The notes beneath the pieces are model-generated. The model was not told the DNA's origin and made no database searches. It worked only from the letters and a program-made list of their open reading frames with translations. From the NCBI GenBank assembly GCA_947085095.1, contig CAMTVD010000009.1, forward strand, positions 1 through 64,000: 64,000 nucleotides of DNA. Direction: 5' to 3'. Source of the DNA: an uncultured Thermus sp. (GTDB taxonomy: Bacteria; Deinococcota; Deinococci; Deinococcales; Thermaceae). The stretch's first letter is position 1; each line of letters opens with the position of its first letter. Of this stretch, positions 8,807-18,195 are shown piece by piece. The position numbers and the translations under genes are program-made.

Positions 8807-9734
8807 CCCAGGCCACCCGGTTCTTCCCCAAGGCCTTCGCCCGGTAAAGCGCCCGGTCCGCCCTGAGGAAGAGCTCCTGCAAATCCCCCCGGTAGAGGAC
8901 CACCCCAAAGCTGGCGCTGACCCCCAAGGCCGCAAGGCCTTCCCGAAGCCTCTCCGCCAGGCGCTCGGCACCAAGGGGGTCGGTGGCGGGAAGCAGAATG
9001 GCGAACTCTTCCCCGCCCCACCGGCCCACCAGGTCCCCCTGGCGCACGTGGGTCTTCAGGTATCGGGCCACCTCCTTCAGGAGGCGGTCCCCCTCCTGGT
9101 GCCCCTTCTCGTCGTTCACCCGCTTGAAGTCGTCCAGGTCCAGGAGGATGAAGGCGAAGGGTTTCTCCCCCCGCTCCACCCGGGCCGCCTCCCTTTCCAG
9201 GGCCATCTCCAGGGCCCGGCGGTTGGGGAGGCCCGTGAGGGGGCAGGTGAGGGCCTGCTCCCGCCAGAAGCGCACCTGGCCGTAAAGCTCCCGAAAGCGG
9301 GCCAAGAGGAGGGCCAGGGCCAGGAGAACGGGCTGGGAAAGGGCGTAGTGGCCATAGGGAAAGCCCGTTTCCCGGCCCGTGAGGAGGGGAAAAAGGACGA
9401 GAAGGCCACCCCAAAAGGCCCCCGCTCCTAGGGCCCAAGATAGGGGGTAGGCGAAGGCGGCAAGGAGGTAAAGGGCCGGGCTCCAGAAGCCCGCCCCCCA
9501 GTAGGCCTCCCCCAAACGCCAGGCCTCAAAGAGCAGGTAGGCCCCCAGGGCGTGGACCAGAACCCGGGGAGCCCGCTTTGGGCCCTGGAGGAAGGCCCAG
9601 AGGAAGAGGAGGCCGAAGAGGAGGTAGACGATGTAAAGGCGAGGGTCCTGAAGGGGTCGGTAAGAGAGCTGGACACCTACCCCCAGGGCCAGGCCCACCC
9701 AGGTGAGGGCATAAAGAAGGCGGGCCAGCTCCAT
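8778..9734 (-). CDS. Membrane-anchored diguanylate cyclase (GGDEF)
   Basis: N-terminal TM helices; LTGLPNRR, DLDDFKRVND, RQGD I-site, GGEEF, ADRALYRAK. Confidence 0.93.
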   Translation of the reverse strand: MELARLLYALTWVGLALGVGVQLSYRPLQDPRLYIVYLLFGLLFLWAFLQGPKRAPRVLVHALGAYLLFEAWRLGEAYWGAGFWSPALYLLAAFAYPLSWALGAGAFWGGLLVLFPLLTGRETGFPYGHYALSQPVLLALALLLARFRELYGQVRFWREQALTCPLTGLPNRRALEMALEREAARVERGEKPFAFILLDLDDFKRVNDEKGHQEGDRLLKEVARYLKTHVRQGDLVGRWGGEEFAILLPATDPLGAERLAERLREGLAALGVSASFGVVLYRGDLQELFLRADRALYRAKALGKNRVAWASEPGTPPP

Positions 9735-9783
9735 ACCCCATTATTTCCTAGACGCTGTGAAACCCCTGTAAAAAAAGAGCTTC

Positions 9784-11121
9784 TCAAGGTAGGACCTTGC
9801 CGGGGTTCAGGATCCCGTGGGGGTCCAAGGCCGCCTTCACCCGCCCCAGGAAGGTCAGGGTGATGGGGTCCAGGGCCTCGGCCATGAAGGGGCGCTTCAT
9901 GGCCCCGATCCCGTGCTCCCCGGAAAGGACCCCGCCGTGGCGCAGAGCCACCCGGGCGATCTCGTGGGCCAGCTCCCAGACCTTCTCCTCGGGCTCAAAC
10001 CGGGGGTCAAAGAGGATGTTGGGGTGGAGGTTCCCATCCCCGATGTGGCCGAACTGGACCACAAGGAGGCCGTAGGTCCTGCCCAGCTCGGCGATCTCCG
10101 CCACCACCTGGGGGAGGGCAGAGCGGGGCACGGCGATGTCCTCGTTGACCCGCTGGGGGCGGAGACGGCCCAGGGCGGGGCTCACGCTCCTCCGGGCCCG
10201 CCAGAGGGCCTCGGCCTCCTTCTCGTCCCGGGCCCTACGCACCTCGGCCCCAAGCTCCAGGGCCGTTCTCTCCACCAGGGAAAGCTCCTCCTCCACCAGC
10301 TCCTTATCGTCCCCGTCCGTCTCCACCAGGAGGAGGGCCCTGTCCCGGGGCAGGCCCATGCCCAGGTAGTCCTCCACAGCGTTCACCGCGCTTTGGTCCA
10401 TGAACTCCAGCTTGGCGGGCACCGCCCCCAGGGCGATGGCCCGGGAAACCCCCTCCGCCAGGGCCTCCACCCCGGGGAAGACGGCCATCAGGGTGGCCCG
10501 GTGGCAAGGGAGGGGGAGAAGCCGGAGCCGGGCCCCGGTGATGAGGCCCAGGGTCCCCTCCGAGCCGATGAGGAGGCCCGGGAGGTCGTAGGCCCTCCGG
10601 TCCAGGCGCCACACCTCCCCCTCCCCGTCCACCCACTCCAGCTCTAATACGTAGTCCCCCGTGACCCCGTACTTGAAGCAGAGGGGCCCCCCGGCGTTCT
10701 CCCCCAGGTTCCCCCCCAGGGTGCTGGTGCGCAAAGAGGCGGGGTCCGGGGGGTAGAAGAGGCCAAAGGACCTGGCCGCCTCGGAGACCTGGGCCGTGGT
10801 CACCCCCGGCTCGGCCCAGGCGGTGCGGGCCTTGGGGTCCACCTCCAGACGGGCCATGCGGGTGAAGGCCACCACGATGGCCCCCTCCAGGGGCACCGCC
10901 CCCCCAGAAAGCCCGCTCCCCGCCCCCCGGGGCACCAGGGGGACCCCGTAGCGCCGGGCCAGGCGCACCAGGGCCTGGACCTCCGCTGTGGACCCCGGCA
11001 GGACCACGGCCAAGGGGGCCTCCCCCACCAGGATGGCGTCGTAACGGTAGACCTCCTTCTCCGGGCGGGAGAGGAGGGCCCTGGGTCCAAAAGCCGCCCT
11101 CAGCTCCTCCAGAAGCCCCAT
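9784..11121 (-). CDS. FAD-linked oxidase (GlcD/D-lactate dehydrogenase family)
   Basis: [45 protein letters not shown]. Confidence 0.9.
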   Translation of the reverse strand: MGLLEELRAAFGPRALLSRPEKEVYRYDAILVGEAPLAVVLPGSTAEVQALVRLARRYGVPLVPRGAGSGLSGGAVPLEGAIVVAFTRMARLEVDPKARTAWAEPGVTTAQVSEAARSFGLFYPPDPASLRTSTLGGNLGENAGGPLCFKYGVTGDYVLELEWVDGEGEVWRLDRRAYDLPGLLIGSEGTLGLITGARLRLLPLPCHRATLMAVFPGVEALAEGVSRAIALGAVPAKLEFMDQSAVNAVEDYLGMGLPRDRALLLVETDGDDKELVEEELSLVERTALELGAEVRRARDEKEAEALWRARRSVSPALGRLRPQRVNEDIAVPRSALPQVVAEIAELGRTYGLLVVQFGHIGDGNLHPNILFDPRFEPEEKVWELAHEIARVALRHGGVLSGEHGIGAMKRPFMAEALDPITLTFLGRVKAALDPHGILNPGKVLP

Positions 11122-11130
11122 GCCCTTAGG

Positions 11131-11589
11131 CTACCAGCTGGGGTCGCAAGGGTAGGGGGCGGGGCGCACCAGGTTCAGGGCCCGCACGTAAGGGCCATAG
11201 ACCCCGGCGGTCATCCCCCTAACCCAGAGCCTGCGGTCCGGGAGGGGCTCAATGCCGATGCCCTGGGGAGAGAGGGCCGAGGCCGCCCGGATCTCCCCGC
11301 CCGGGGTCACCTCCAGGTATCCCCGCACCTCGGGGCCAAAAATGGGGCCTTCTAGGCGAAGGGTTTCCCCGGGCTTAGCCCGCCAGGGGTCCACCCCCTC
11401 CGGAACCCAGAAGAACTCCAGGGCATCCAACCGCCCCTCCAGGTAGAAGCGGTAGTCCAAGAGGGTGTTCCGGTCCGTGCAGTAAGTGCCCTGGGTGCGG
11501 AGGGCCTGGATGCGGTGGCCGGGGTAGGCCACCTCCAGGGTCAGGGAGCAGGCGGCGAGGAGGGGAAGGAGGAGAAGAAGGGCGCGCAT
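11131..11589 (-). CDS. Hypothetical lipoprotein
   Basis: Signal peptide with lipobox LAAC; contains LSPQGIGIEP. Confidence 0.75.
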   Translation of the reverse strand: MRALLLLLPLLAACSLTLEVAYPGHRIQALRTQGTYCTDRNTLLDYRFYLEGRLDALEFFWVPEGVDPWRAKPGETLRLEGPIFGPEVRGYLEVTPGGEIRAASALSPQGIGIEPLPDRRLWVRGMTAGVYGPYVRALNLVRPAPYPCDPSW

Positions 11590-11660
11590 GCTTCCATGCT
11601 GCCCCAGGGCCCCGCTAGAAGAGCTTGGAGGGGGCTAAAAGGGCCTTTAGACTTGGGGCC

Positions 11661-12113
11661 ATGGCCTACTGGCTCCTCAAGACCGAACCCGAGACCTACA
11701 GCATAGAGGACCTCAGGCGGGACGGGCGGGCCCTATGGGACGGGGTTAGGAACTACCAGGCCCGGAACTACCTGATGCAGATGCGAGAGGGGGACCTCTG
11801 CTTCGTCTACCACTCCAGCGCCAACCCCCCGGGGATCGCCGGCCTGGCCCGGGTGGTCCAGACCGGCATCCCCGACCCCACCCAGTTTGACCCCCATAGC
11901 CCCTACTTTGACCCCAGGGCCACCCGGGAAAATCCCCGCTGGTACACGGTGGAGGTGGCCTTCCTCGAGGCCTGGCCCCTCATCCCCTTGGCCGAGCTCA
12001 AACGCCTCTTTCCCCCGGACCACCCCCTGGTGAAGCGGGGGAACCGGCTTTCCGTGATGCCGGTTCCCCCGGAGGTGGCGGAGAGGCTTATTGCGCGGAA
12101 AGAGTCCCGATGA
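11661..12113 (+). CDS. EVE-domain protein
   Basis: YWLLKTEP, WDGVRNYQARN, YHS, NRLSVMPV; start moved to the ATG 7 nt after TAGACT. Confidence 0.9.
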   Translation: MAYWLLKTEPETYSIEDLRRDGRALWDGVRNYQARNYLMQMREGDLCFVYHSSANPPGIAGLARVVQTGIPDPTQFDPHSPYFDPRATRENPRWYTVEVAFLEAWPLIPLAELKRLFPPDHPLVKRGNRLSVMPVPPEVAERLIARKESR

Positions 12114-13308
12114 TCCGGAAGAGGGGCAGGAACATCCCCGCCACGATCATGCCCACGATCACGCCCAGGAAGATGATCATGAGGGGCTCTATGGCCGCGG
12201 TGAGGCTGGCCACCGCCTCGTCCACCTCCCGCTCGTAGAAGTCGGCGATCTTGGAGAGGAGGGTGTCCAGGGCCCCCGTCTCCTCGCCGATGGCCACCAT
12301 GGAGCTCACCATGGGGGGGAAGACGAAGGGGTGCTGGGCCAGGGTGAGGTTCAGGGGTTCCCCCTGCTGGACCTTGTGCTTGGCCAGGTCCACGATCTCC
12401 TCCACCACGCTGTTCCCCGCGGTGCCCTTGGTGATGTCCAAGGACTCCAGGATGTTCACCCCGCTCGTGAGGAGGAGGGCCAGGGTGCGGGAGAAGCGGG
12501 CGATGGCCGTCTTGCGGTTCAGGTTGCCGAAGACGGGCATCCTCAGCTTGACGCGGTCTATCACCTTCCGCCCCTGGGGGGTGCCGTAGTACCAGCGGTA
12601 GGCGAAGAAGAGGAGCACAAAAAGGAGAAGTAGGGGGAAGGTGGCGGCCCGGAGGAACTCGGAAAGGGCGATGAGGAAGCGGGTGAGGAGGGGAAGCTCC
12701 GAGCCCAGGTCGGTGAGGATCTGGGCGAACTGGGGCACGATCCCCGTGAGGAGGAAGTAGGCCACGCCCACGGCGAAGACGAAGACGATGACCGGGTAGG
12801 TCATGGCGCTTTTAATCTTGCCCCTTAGCTCCAGGTCCTTCTCCAGGAAGGTGGCCAGGCGGTCCAGGATCACGTCCAGACCCCCGGAGGTCTCCCCCGC
12901 CCGCACCAGGTTCACGTAAAGCCGGGAGAAGAGCTTGTGCTTGGCCAGGGCCTCGGAGAGGTTCATCCCCCCTTCAATGTCGGTGCGCACCTGCTTGATG
13001 ATCTCCCGGAACTTCTTGTTTTCTGTCTGCTTTTCCAGGATGGCCAGGGACTGGAGCAGGGTGAGGCCCGCCCCGATCATGGTGGCCAGCTGGCGGGAGA
13101 AGACGGCGAGGTCCTTGAGCCCAGGGCCCCGCTCCAGGACGGGCAGGCGCACCTCGGCCTGGAGGCCCCGCCCCGGCTCCTTGATCTCCGCCACGAAGAG
13201 GCCCCGGTCCCTCAGGAGGCGCGCCGCGGTGCGCAGGTCCTCGGCCTCAATGGTGGCCTCCACCAGGCGGCCCTGGCGGTCACGGGCCTTATACTGGTAG
13301 ACTGGCAT
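12088..13308 (-). CDS. pilC: Type IV pilus inner-membrane platform protein (PilC/GspF family)
   Basis: MPVYQYKA start, FSRQLATMI, GETSG, YPVIV, GEETGALD, IEPL; 406 aa. Confidence 0.93.
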   Translation of the reverse strand: MPVYQYKARDRQGRLVEATIEAEDLRTAARLLRDRGLFVAEIKEPGRGLQAEVRLPVLERGPGLKDLAVFSRQLATMIGAGLTLLQSLAILEKQTENKKFREIIKQVRTDIEGGMNLSEALAKHKLFSRLYVNLVRAGETSGGLDVILDRLATFLEKDLELRGKIKSAMTYPVIVFVFAVGVAYFLLTGIVPQFAQILTDLGSELPLLTRFLIALSEFLRAATFPLLLLFVLLFFAYRWYYGTPQGRKVIDRVKLRMPVFGNLNRKTAIARFSRTLALLLTSGVNILESLDITKGTAGNSVVEEIVDLAKHKVQQGEPLNLTLAQHPFVFPPMVSSMVAIGEETGALDTLLSKIADFYEREVDEAVASLTAAIEPLMIIFLGVIVGMIVAGMFLPLFRIIGTLSAQ

Positions 13309-13903
13309 GGCTGAAGTATACCAAAAGGAGCTGGCTGAGGCCGTGGAAACCCTAAGGAAGGGTGGCCTGGTGGCCTTTCCCACGGACACGGTCTGGGGCG
13401 TCATGGCCCGGATGGAGGACGAGGCCGCCTGCCGCAGGATCTACGCCCTGAAGGGCCGGGAGGAGAGGAAGCCCCTCCAGGTCCTGGTGGCCGACCTCGA
13501 GGACGCCCTAAGGCTTTCGGACCTAGGGCCCCTGAAGGAGCGTTTCCTGCGCCTGGCGGAGGCTTTTTGGCCGGGAGGGCTCACCGTGGTGGTGCCGGGC
13601 AAGGGCATCCCCCCCTGGATCAGCCAGGACGGCTCCGTGGGCCTCCGGATGCCCGCCCACGAAACCCTACGGGAACTCCTCCGGCGGGCGGGAGGGTATG
13701 CGGCGGCCACCAGCCTGAATAGGAGTGGCGAGCCCCCGGTGCGCACGGAGGCGGAGGCCCGGGCCTTCCCCGTGGACTTCGTCTTCCCCGGAGAGGCCTT
13801 GGGTCTGGCCTCCAGCGTGGTGGACCTGCGCACGGGGGAGGTCCTCCGGGAAGGGGCCATCCCCAAGGAAGCCCTCCTCCCCTACCTGAAGGATGCCCCC
13901 TGA
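13307..13903 (+). CDS. tsaC: L-threonylcarbamoyladenylate synthase (Sua5/YrdC)
   Basis: VAFPTDTVWG, IYALKGR, FWPGGLTVV, VGLRMP, TSLNRSG; the exact start could be GTG 13343. Confidence 0.88.
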   Translation: MAEVYQKELAEAVETLRKGGLVAFPTDTVWGVMARMEDEAACRRIYALKGREERKPLQVLVADLEDALRLSDLGPLKERFLRLAEAFWPGGLTVVVPGKGIPPWISQDGSVGLRMPAHETLRELLRRAGGYAAATSLNRSGEPPVRTEAEARAFPVDFVFPGEALGLASSVVDLRTGEVLREGAIPKEALLPYLKDAP

Positions 13904-14417
13904 CCTCAGGGTCCAACTCCTCGCCGTCCTCTTCGCCGCGGGAAGGCCCGTGGGCCTAAGGGAGCTCAAGGCCCTGGACCACCCAGAGGAGGCCCTTCTC
14001 CGGGCCCTAGAGAGCCTGGAAAAGGAACTAGCCAAAGGGGAGCTGGGGATCGCCCTGGAACGGGTGGCGGGGGGGTGGCGGCTCGTGGTCCACGAGGGGG
14101 CCCTAAAGGCGGTGGAAAAGGTTCTCAAGCCCACCCCTCCCCGCCTCTCCAAGGGGGCTCTGGAGGTCCTGGCCCTCATCGCCTACCACCAGCCCATCAC
14201 CCGGGCGGAGCTGGAGGCTATGCGGGGAAAGAGCGTGGAGGGGGTCCTGGAAGGCCTTTTGGAGCGGGGCCTGATCCAGGTGGTGGGGGAGAAGGAGGCC
14301 CCGGGGAGGCCCAGGCTCTACGGCACCACGGAGCGCTTTCTGGAGGTCTTCGGCCTGGAAAGCCTAGACGACCTCCCGCCCCTCGAGGACGGCCCACCCC
14401 TCCTCCTCCGGGGCTAG
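13893..14417 (+). CDS. scpB: SMC-Scp complex subunit ScpB
   Basis: LSKGALEVLALIAYHQPITRAELEAMRG, PGRPRLYGTTERFLEVFGL. Confidence 0.93.
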   Translation: MPPDLRVQLLAVLFAAGRPVGLRELKALDHPEEALLRALESLEKELAKGELGIALERVAGGWRLVVHEGALKAVEKVLKPTPPRLSKGALEVLALIAYHQPITRAELEAMRGKSVEGVLEGLLERGLIQVVGEKEAPGRPRLYGTTERFLEVFGLESLDDLPPLEDGPPLLLRG

Positions 14418-15443
14418 GACCTCCTTGGCGGGAACGGGCAGCGGGCTATAGAGCTCGTTCTGCCGCACAAAGGCGAGGAGGAAGCGCCCCAGGAGGCGCA
14501 TCTGGCTCCTATGGGCCCGGATGGCCTTTTCCTTGAGGTCCACCTCCTCCGGGGTGAGGGGAAACCTTTCCCAAGGAAGCCCCCGGCCCCGGGGGGGAGG
14601 GTAGAGGGGAAGCCCCTTGTGGAGGCCCTTAGGCAGGGGGTACTGGTACCCTCCGTGGACGATGTAATACCAAAGCCGCCCCTCCAGGCCCAAGGAGGCC
14701 GCCGCCTGCATGCCGAAGTAGGCGGTGGCCTGGTGGTCCCGGTGGGCGTCCAGGGGGCTTGGGAGGAGGATGCGAGTGGGCTTCAGCTCCTTTAGGAGCT
14801 CCACCAGGGTGGCCTCGAGGGCCTTCCCCGTGTAGGGAAGGCCCGGGCGGTAGCACCCCGGGTAGGCCACGGCCTTGAGCCCGGTGTAGGGGCTCTCGTA
14901 GGCCAGGTAGTAATGGGTGGTGAAGAGGTGGAAAAGCCCCTGGTCGGGGAATCCCAGGAAGTGGGCGCTCTCCCGGGAAAGGCCCAGGGCCTCGAGGCCC
15001 CGCCAGGCCTCCACCATCCGCCTCAGGGCCAGGCGGCGCATGGCCTCCTGGGAGGGCAGGGGGCTTCCCGCCGCCAGGTCAAAGGCATCCCCCGAGGTGA
15101 GGTAGACCACGCTCACCCGCCCACCCTCCTTTTGGACGCGGCGCATGAGGCCCGCCGCCGCCAGCACCTCGTCGTCGGGGTGGGGGGCGAGCACCGGGAG
15201 GTGCTCCCCCGGCGCCGGCCCGGGAAAAAGGGCAAGGCGGCGCACCCTTGCCGAGGCCAGGAGGGCGTGGTAGGAGGCGAAAACGAAGCGGCCGTTGACG
15301 AAGGCCCAGACCCCCAAAGCGGCCAGAAGGAGGGCGAGGCGCTCGGCCCAGACCAGACCCAGCCAGAGCCTCAGCGCTTCCGCTCCCGCCACGTAAAGGA
15401 GGAGGAAGAGGAGCAACCACTGCCAGGGAGCCAAGCGGCGCAC
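14364..15443 (-). CDS. Membrane-anchored PIG-L family deacetylase
   Basis: APHPDDE, TSGD, LGFPD, AHRDH, HRSQ; GTG start 7 nt after TAAAAT (ATG 15452 is an alternative). Confidence 0.85.
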   Translation of the reverse strand: MRRLAPWQWLLLFLLLYVAGAEALRLWLGLVWAERLALLLAALGVWAFVNGRFVFASYHALLASARVRRLALFPGPAPGEHLPVLAPHPDDEVLAAAGLMRRVQKEGGRVSVVYLTSGDAFDLAAGSPLPSQEAMRRLALRRMVEAWRGLEALGLSRESAHFLGFPDQGLFHLFTTHYYLAYESPYTGLKAVAYPGCYRPGLPYTGKALEATLVELLKELKPTRILLPSPLDAHRDHQATAYFGMQAAASLGLEGRLWYYIVHGGYQYPLPKGLHKGLPLYPPPRGRGLPWERFPLTPEEVDLKEKAIRAHRSQMRLLGRFLLAFVRQNELYSPLPVPAKEVLAPEEEGWAVLEGREVV

Positions 15444-15481
15444 GGGAGGCATTTTACGGGAAAGCGTTTTAGACTGGTCCC

Positions 15482-16108
15482 ATGGTCCAGGTCCGCCCCG
15501 CCGGGGAAGGGGATCTAGAGGCCATTGCCCGCCTCTCCCACGAAACCCTCCTCCTGGGCAGGGAGGGAAGCCGGGTCTTCCCCAGCGAGGCCCTCTGGGG
15601 GGAGCTCTTCGTGGCCCCCTACCTGCGCCGGGGGTGCTGCTCCCTGGTGGCGGAGGAAGAGGGGGAGGTGGTGGGCTACATCCTGGGGGCCTGCGCCACC
15701 TGGCCCCTGGTCCTGGACCTGGCCCTGCGCCTTCCCCTCCTTCTCCTCCGTCTCCTCCTTGGCCGCTACGGGCCCATCCTCCCCCACCTCCGCTACCTCC
15801 TTCGCCTCCTCCTCTACCCCGGGCCCAAGGCCCCAAGGGGGCGCTACCCCGCCCACCTCCACATCGCCGTGGACCCCAAGACCCAGGGCAAGGGTCTGGG
15901 GAAGGCCCTTCTCTCGGCTTTTCTGGATTGTTTACACGCTAAGGGCATCAAGGGGGTGCAGCTTTCCACCACCCGGGCCAACCAGGCGGCCCGGAGGCTC
16001 TACCGGAGCCTGGGCTTCCGGCTTTACGCCAAGCGGGCCAGCCCCTTCTGGGCCCCCTACCTGGGCCGCCCCGTGATCCACGAGGTCTGGGTGAAGGAGT
16101 TGGGGTAG
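15482..16108 (+). CDS. GNAT-family acetyltransferase
   Basis: AHLHIAVDPKTQGKGLGKAL, NQAARRLYRSLGF. Confidence 0.88.
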   Translation: MVQVRPAGEGDLEAIARLSHETLLLGREGSRVFPSEALWGELFVAPYLRRGCCSLVAEEEGEVVGYILGACATWPLVLDLALRLPLLLLRLLLGRYGPILPHLRYLLRLLLYPGPKAPRGRYPAHLHIAVDPKTQGKGLGKALLSAFLDCLHAKGIKGVQLSTTRANQAARRLYRSLGFRLYAKRASPFWAPYLGRPVIHEVWVKELG

Positions 16109-16127
16109 ACTCCCCTCGAGGTGCGCC

Positions 16128-17285
16128 ATGCTGGACTTCTACGCTTTGGAGGACCTCCTCACCCCCGAGGAGAAGGAGATCGCAAGGGCCGCCCGCCGCT
16201 TCCTGGAAAAGGAGGCCATGCCCCACATCCGGGACTGGTGGGAGGAAGGGGTCTTCCCCACCCACCTGATCCCCAAGTTCGGGGAGATGGGCTTCCTAGG
16301 CCCCACCCTGCCCCCGGAGTACGGGGGGGCGGGGGTCAGTAGCGCCGCCTACGGCCTCATGGCCTACGAGCTGGAACGGGTGGACTCGGGGCTTAGGAGC
16401 TTCGCCAGCGTCCAGAGCTCCCTGGTCATGTACCCCATCTATGCCTTCGGCAGCGAGGCGCAAAAGCGGGAGTTCCTCCCTAGGCTCGCCCGGGGGGAGA
16501 TGGTGGGCTGCTTCGGCCTCACCGAGCCCGACGGGGGTTCCGACCCCTACGGCAACATGAAGACCAGGGCCCGGCGGGAAGGGGACACCTGGGTCCTCAC
16601 GGGCAGCAAGATGTGGATCACCAACGGCAACCTGGCCCAGATCGCCATCGTCTGGGCCAAGGACGAGGAGGGAAGGGTCCTAGGCTTCATCGTCCCCACG
16701 GACAGCAAGGGCTTCCAGGCCCGGGAGGTGAAGCACAAGATGAGCCTCCGGGCCTCGGTGACCAGCGAGCTCATCCTGGAGGAGGTGCGGGTGCCCGAGT
16801 CCTTGCGCCTGCCCAAGGCGGAAGGCCTCAAGGCCCCCCTCTCCTGCCTCACCCAGGCCCGCTTCGGCATCGCCTGGGGGGCCCTGGGGGCGTTAGAGGC
16901 GGTCTACACCGAGGCGGTGGCCTTCGCGGGGAGCCGCACCACCTTCGGGGAGCCCATCGCCAAGAAGCAGCTGGTCCAGGCCAAGCTGGCGGAGATGCTG
17001 GCCTGGCACACGGAGGGGCTCCTCCTCGCCTGGCGGCTTGCCCGGCTCAAGGACGAGGGGAAGCTCAGGCCTGCCCAGGTCTCCCTGGCCAAAAGGCAGA
17101 ACGTGAAGAAGGCCCTGGAGGCCGCCCGCCTGGCCCGGGACATCCTGGGGGGAAGCGGCATCACCCTGGAGTACCACGCCATCCGCCACATGCTCAACCT
17201 GGAGACCGTCTACACCTACGAGGGCACCCACGACATCCACACCCTGGTCCTGGGGCGGGAGATCACCGGCCTGAACGCCCTCTAG
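16128..17285 (+). CDS. Acyl-CoA dehydrogenase (glutaryl-CoA dehydrogenase-like)
   Basis: ELERVDSGLRS, CFGLTEPDGGSD, GSKMWITN, TYEGTHDIH. Confidence 0.9.
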   Translation: MLDFYALEDLLTPEEKEIARAARRFLEKEAMPHIRDWWEEGVFPTHLIPKFGEMGFLGPTLPPEYGGAGVSSAAYGLMAYELERVDSGLRSFASVQSSLVMYPIYAFGSEAQKREFLPRLARGEMVGCFGLTEPDGGSDPYGNMKTRARREGDTWVLTGSKMWITNGNLAQIAIVWAKDEEGRVLGFIVPTDSKGFQAREVKHKMSLRASVTSELILEEVRVPESLRLPKAEGLKAPLSCLTQARFGIAWGALGALEAVYTEAVAFAGSRTTFGEPIAKKQLVQAKLAEMLAWHTEGLLLAWRLARLKDEGKLRPAQVSLAKRQNVKKALEAARLARDILGGSGITLEYHAIRHMLNLETVYTYEGTHDIHTLVLGREITGLNAL

Positions 17286-17286
17286 C

Positions 17287-18186
17287 ATGCTGGTGGTCTT
17301 CTCCGGGGACCCCTTTCTGGCGCGGGAGGCCCTCCTGAAGGAGGCGAGGCTCCTTGGGCTTTCCCGCTTCACTGAGCCCACCCCCGAGGCCCTGGAAAAG
17401 GCCCTGGCCCCGGGGCTCTTTGGGAGCGGGGGGGCGCTACTGGACCTCCGGGAAGTCTCCGAGGGGGAGTGGAAGGCCCTGAAGCCCCTTTTGGAAAAGG
17501 TCCCCGAAGGGGTCCCCGTCCTCATCCTGGACCCCAGGCCAAGCCCCTCCCGGGCCGCCTTCTACCGGGGAAGGGAAAGGCGGGACTTCCCCACCCCCAA
17601 GGGGAAGGACCTCCTGAGGCACCTGGAGAACCGGGCCAAGCGCCTGGGCCTCAGGCTCCCCGCCGGGGTGGCCCAGTACCTGGCGGCCCTCGAGGCCGAC
17701 CTGGAGGCCCTGGAGCGGGAGCTGGAGAAGCTTGCCCTCCTCCCCCCGCCCCTCACCCTGGAGAAGGTGGAGAAGGTGGTGGCCCTGAGGCCCCCCCTCA
17801 CGGGCTTTGACCTGGTGCGGGCCGTCTTGGAGAAGAACCCCAAGGAGGCCCTAAGCCGCCTCAGGCGCCTCAGAGAGGATGGGGAGGAGCCCTTGAAGCT
17901 CCTGGGGGCCCTGGCCTGGCAGTTCGGCCTCCTGGCCCAGGCCTTCTTCCTCCTCCAGGAAACCCAAAGGCCCAAGGAGGAGGACCTGGCCCGCCTGAAG
18001 GCCCACCCCTACGCCGCCAGGAGGGCCCTGGAGGAGGCGAGGAGGCTGGATAAGGAAGCCCTCCGCCAGGCCCTCAGCACCCTCATAGAGGCGGAGCGCC
18101 GGGCCAAGGGGGGCAAGGACCCCTGGCTCGCCCTGGAGATGGCCGTCCTCCGCCTGGCGGTTGACCAGCGGGTCAGCCCCGGGTAG
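17287..18186 (+). CDS. holA: DNA polymerase III delta subunit
   Basis: GDPFL, PGLFG, ALERELEKLAL, FDLVRAV, HPYAA, LALE. Confidence 0.85.
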   Translation: MLVVFSGDPFLAREALLKEARLLGLSRFTEPTPEALEKALAPGLFGSGGALLDLREVSEGEWKALKPLLEKVPEGVPVLILDPRPSPSRAAFYRGRERRDFPTPKGKDLLRHLENRAKRLGLRLPAGVAQYLAALEADLEALERELEKLALLPPPLTLEKVEKVVALRPPLTGFDLVRAVLEKNPKEALSRLRRLREDGEEPLKLLGALAWQFGLLAQAFFLLQETQRPKEEDLARLKAHPYAARRALEEARRLDKEALRQALSTLIEAERRAKGGKDPWLALEMAVLRLAVDQRVSPG

Positions 18187-18195
18187 ACTCGGGGC

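Noticed and set aside
15444..15836. Gly/Pro-rich N-terminal extension on the PIG-L deacetylase
   Set aside because: Antisense to the GNAT gene; low-complexity frame artefact
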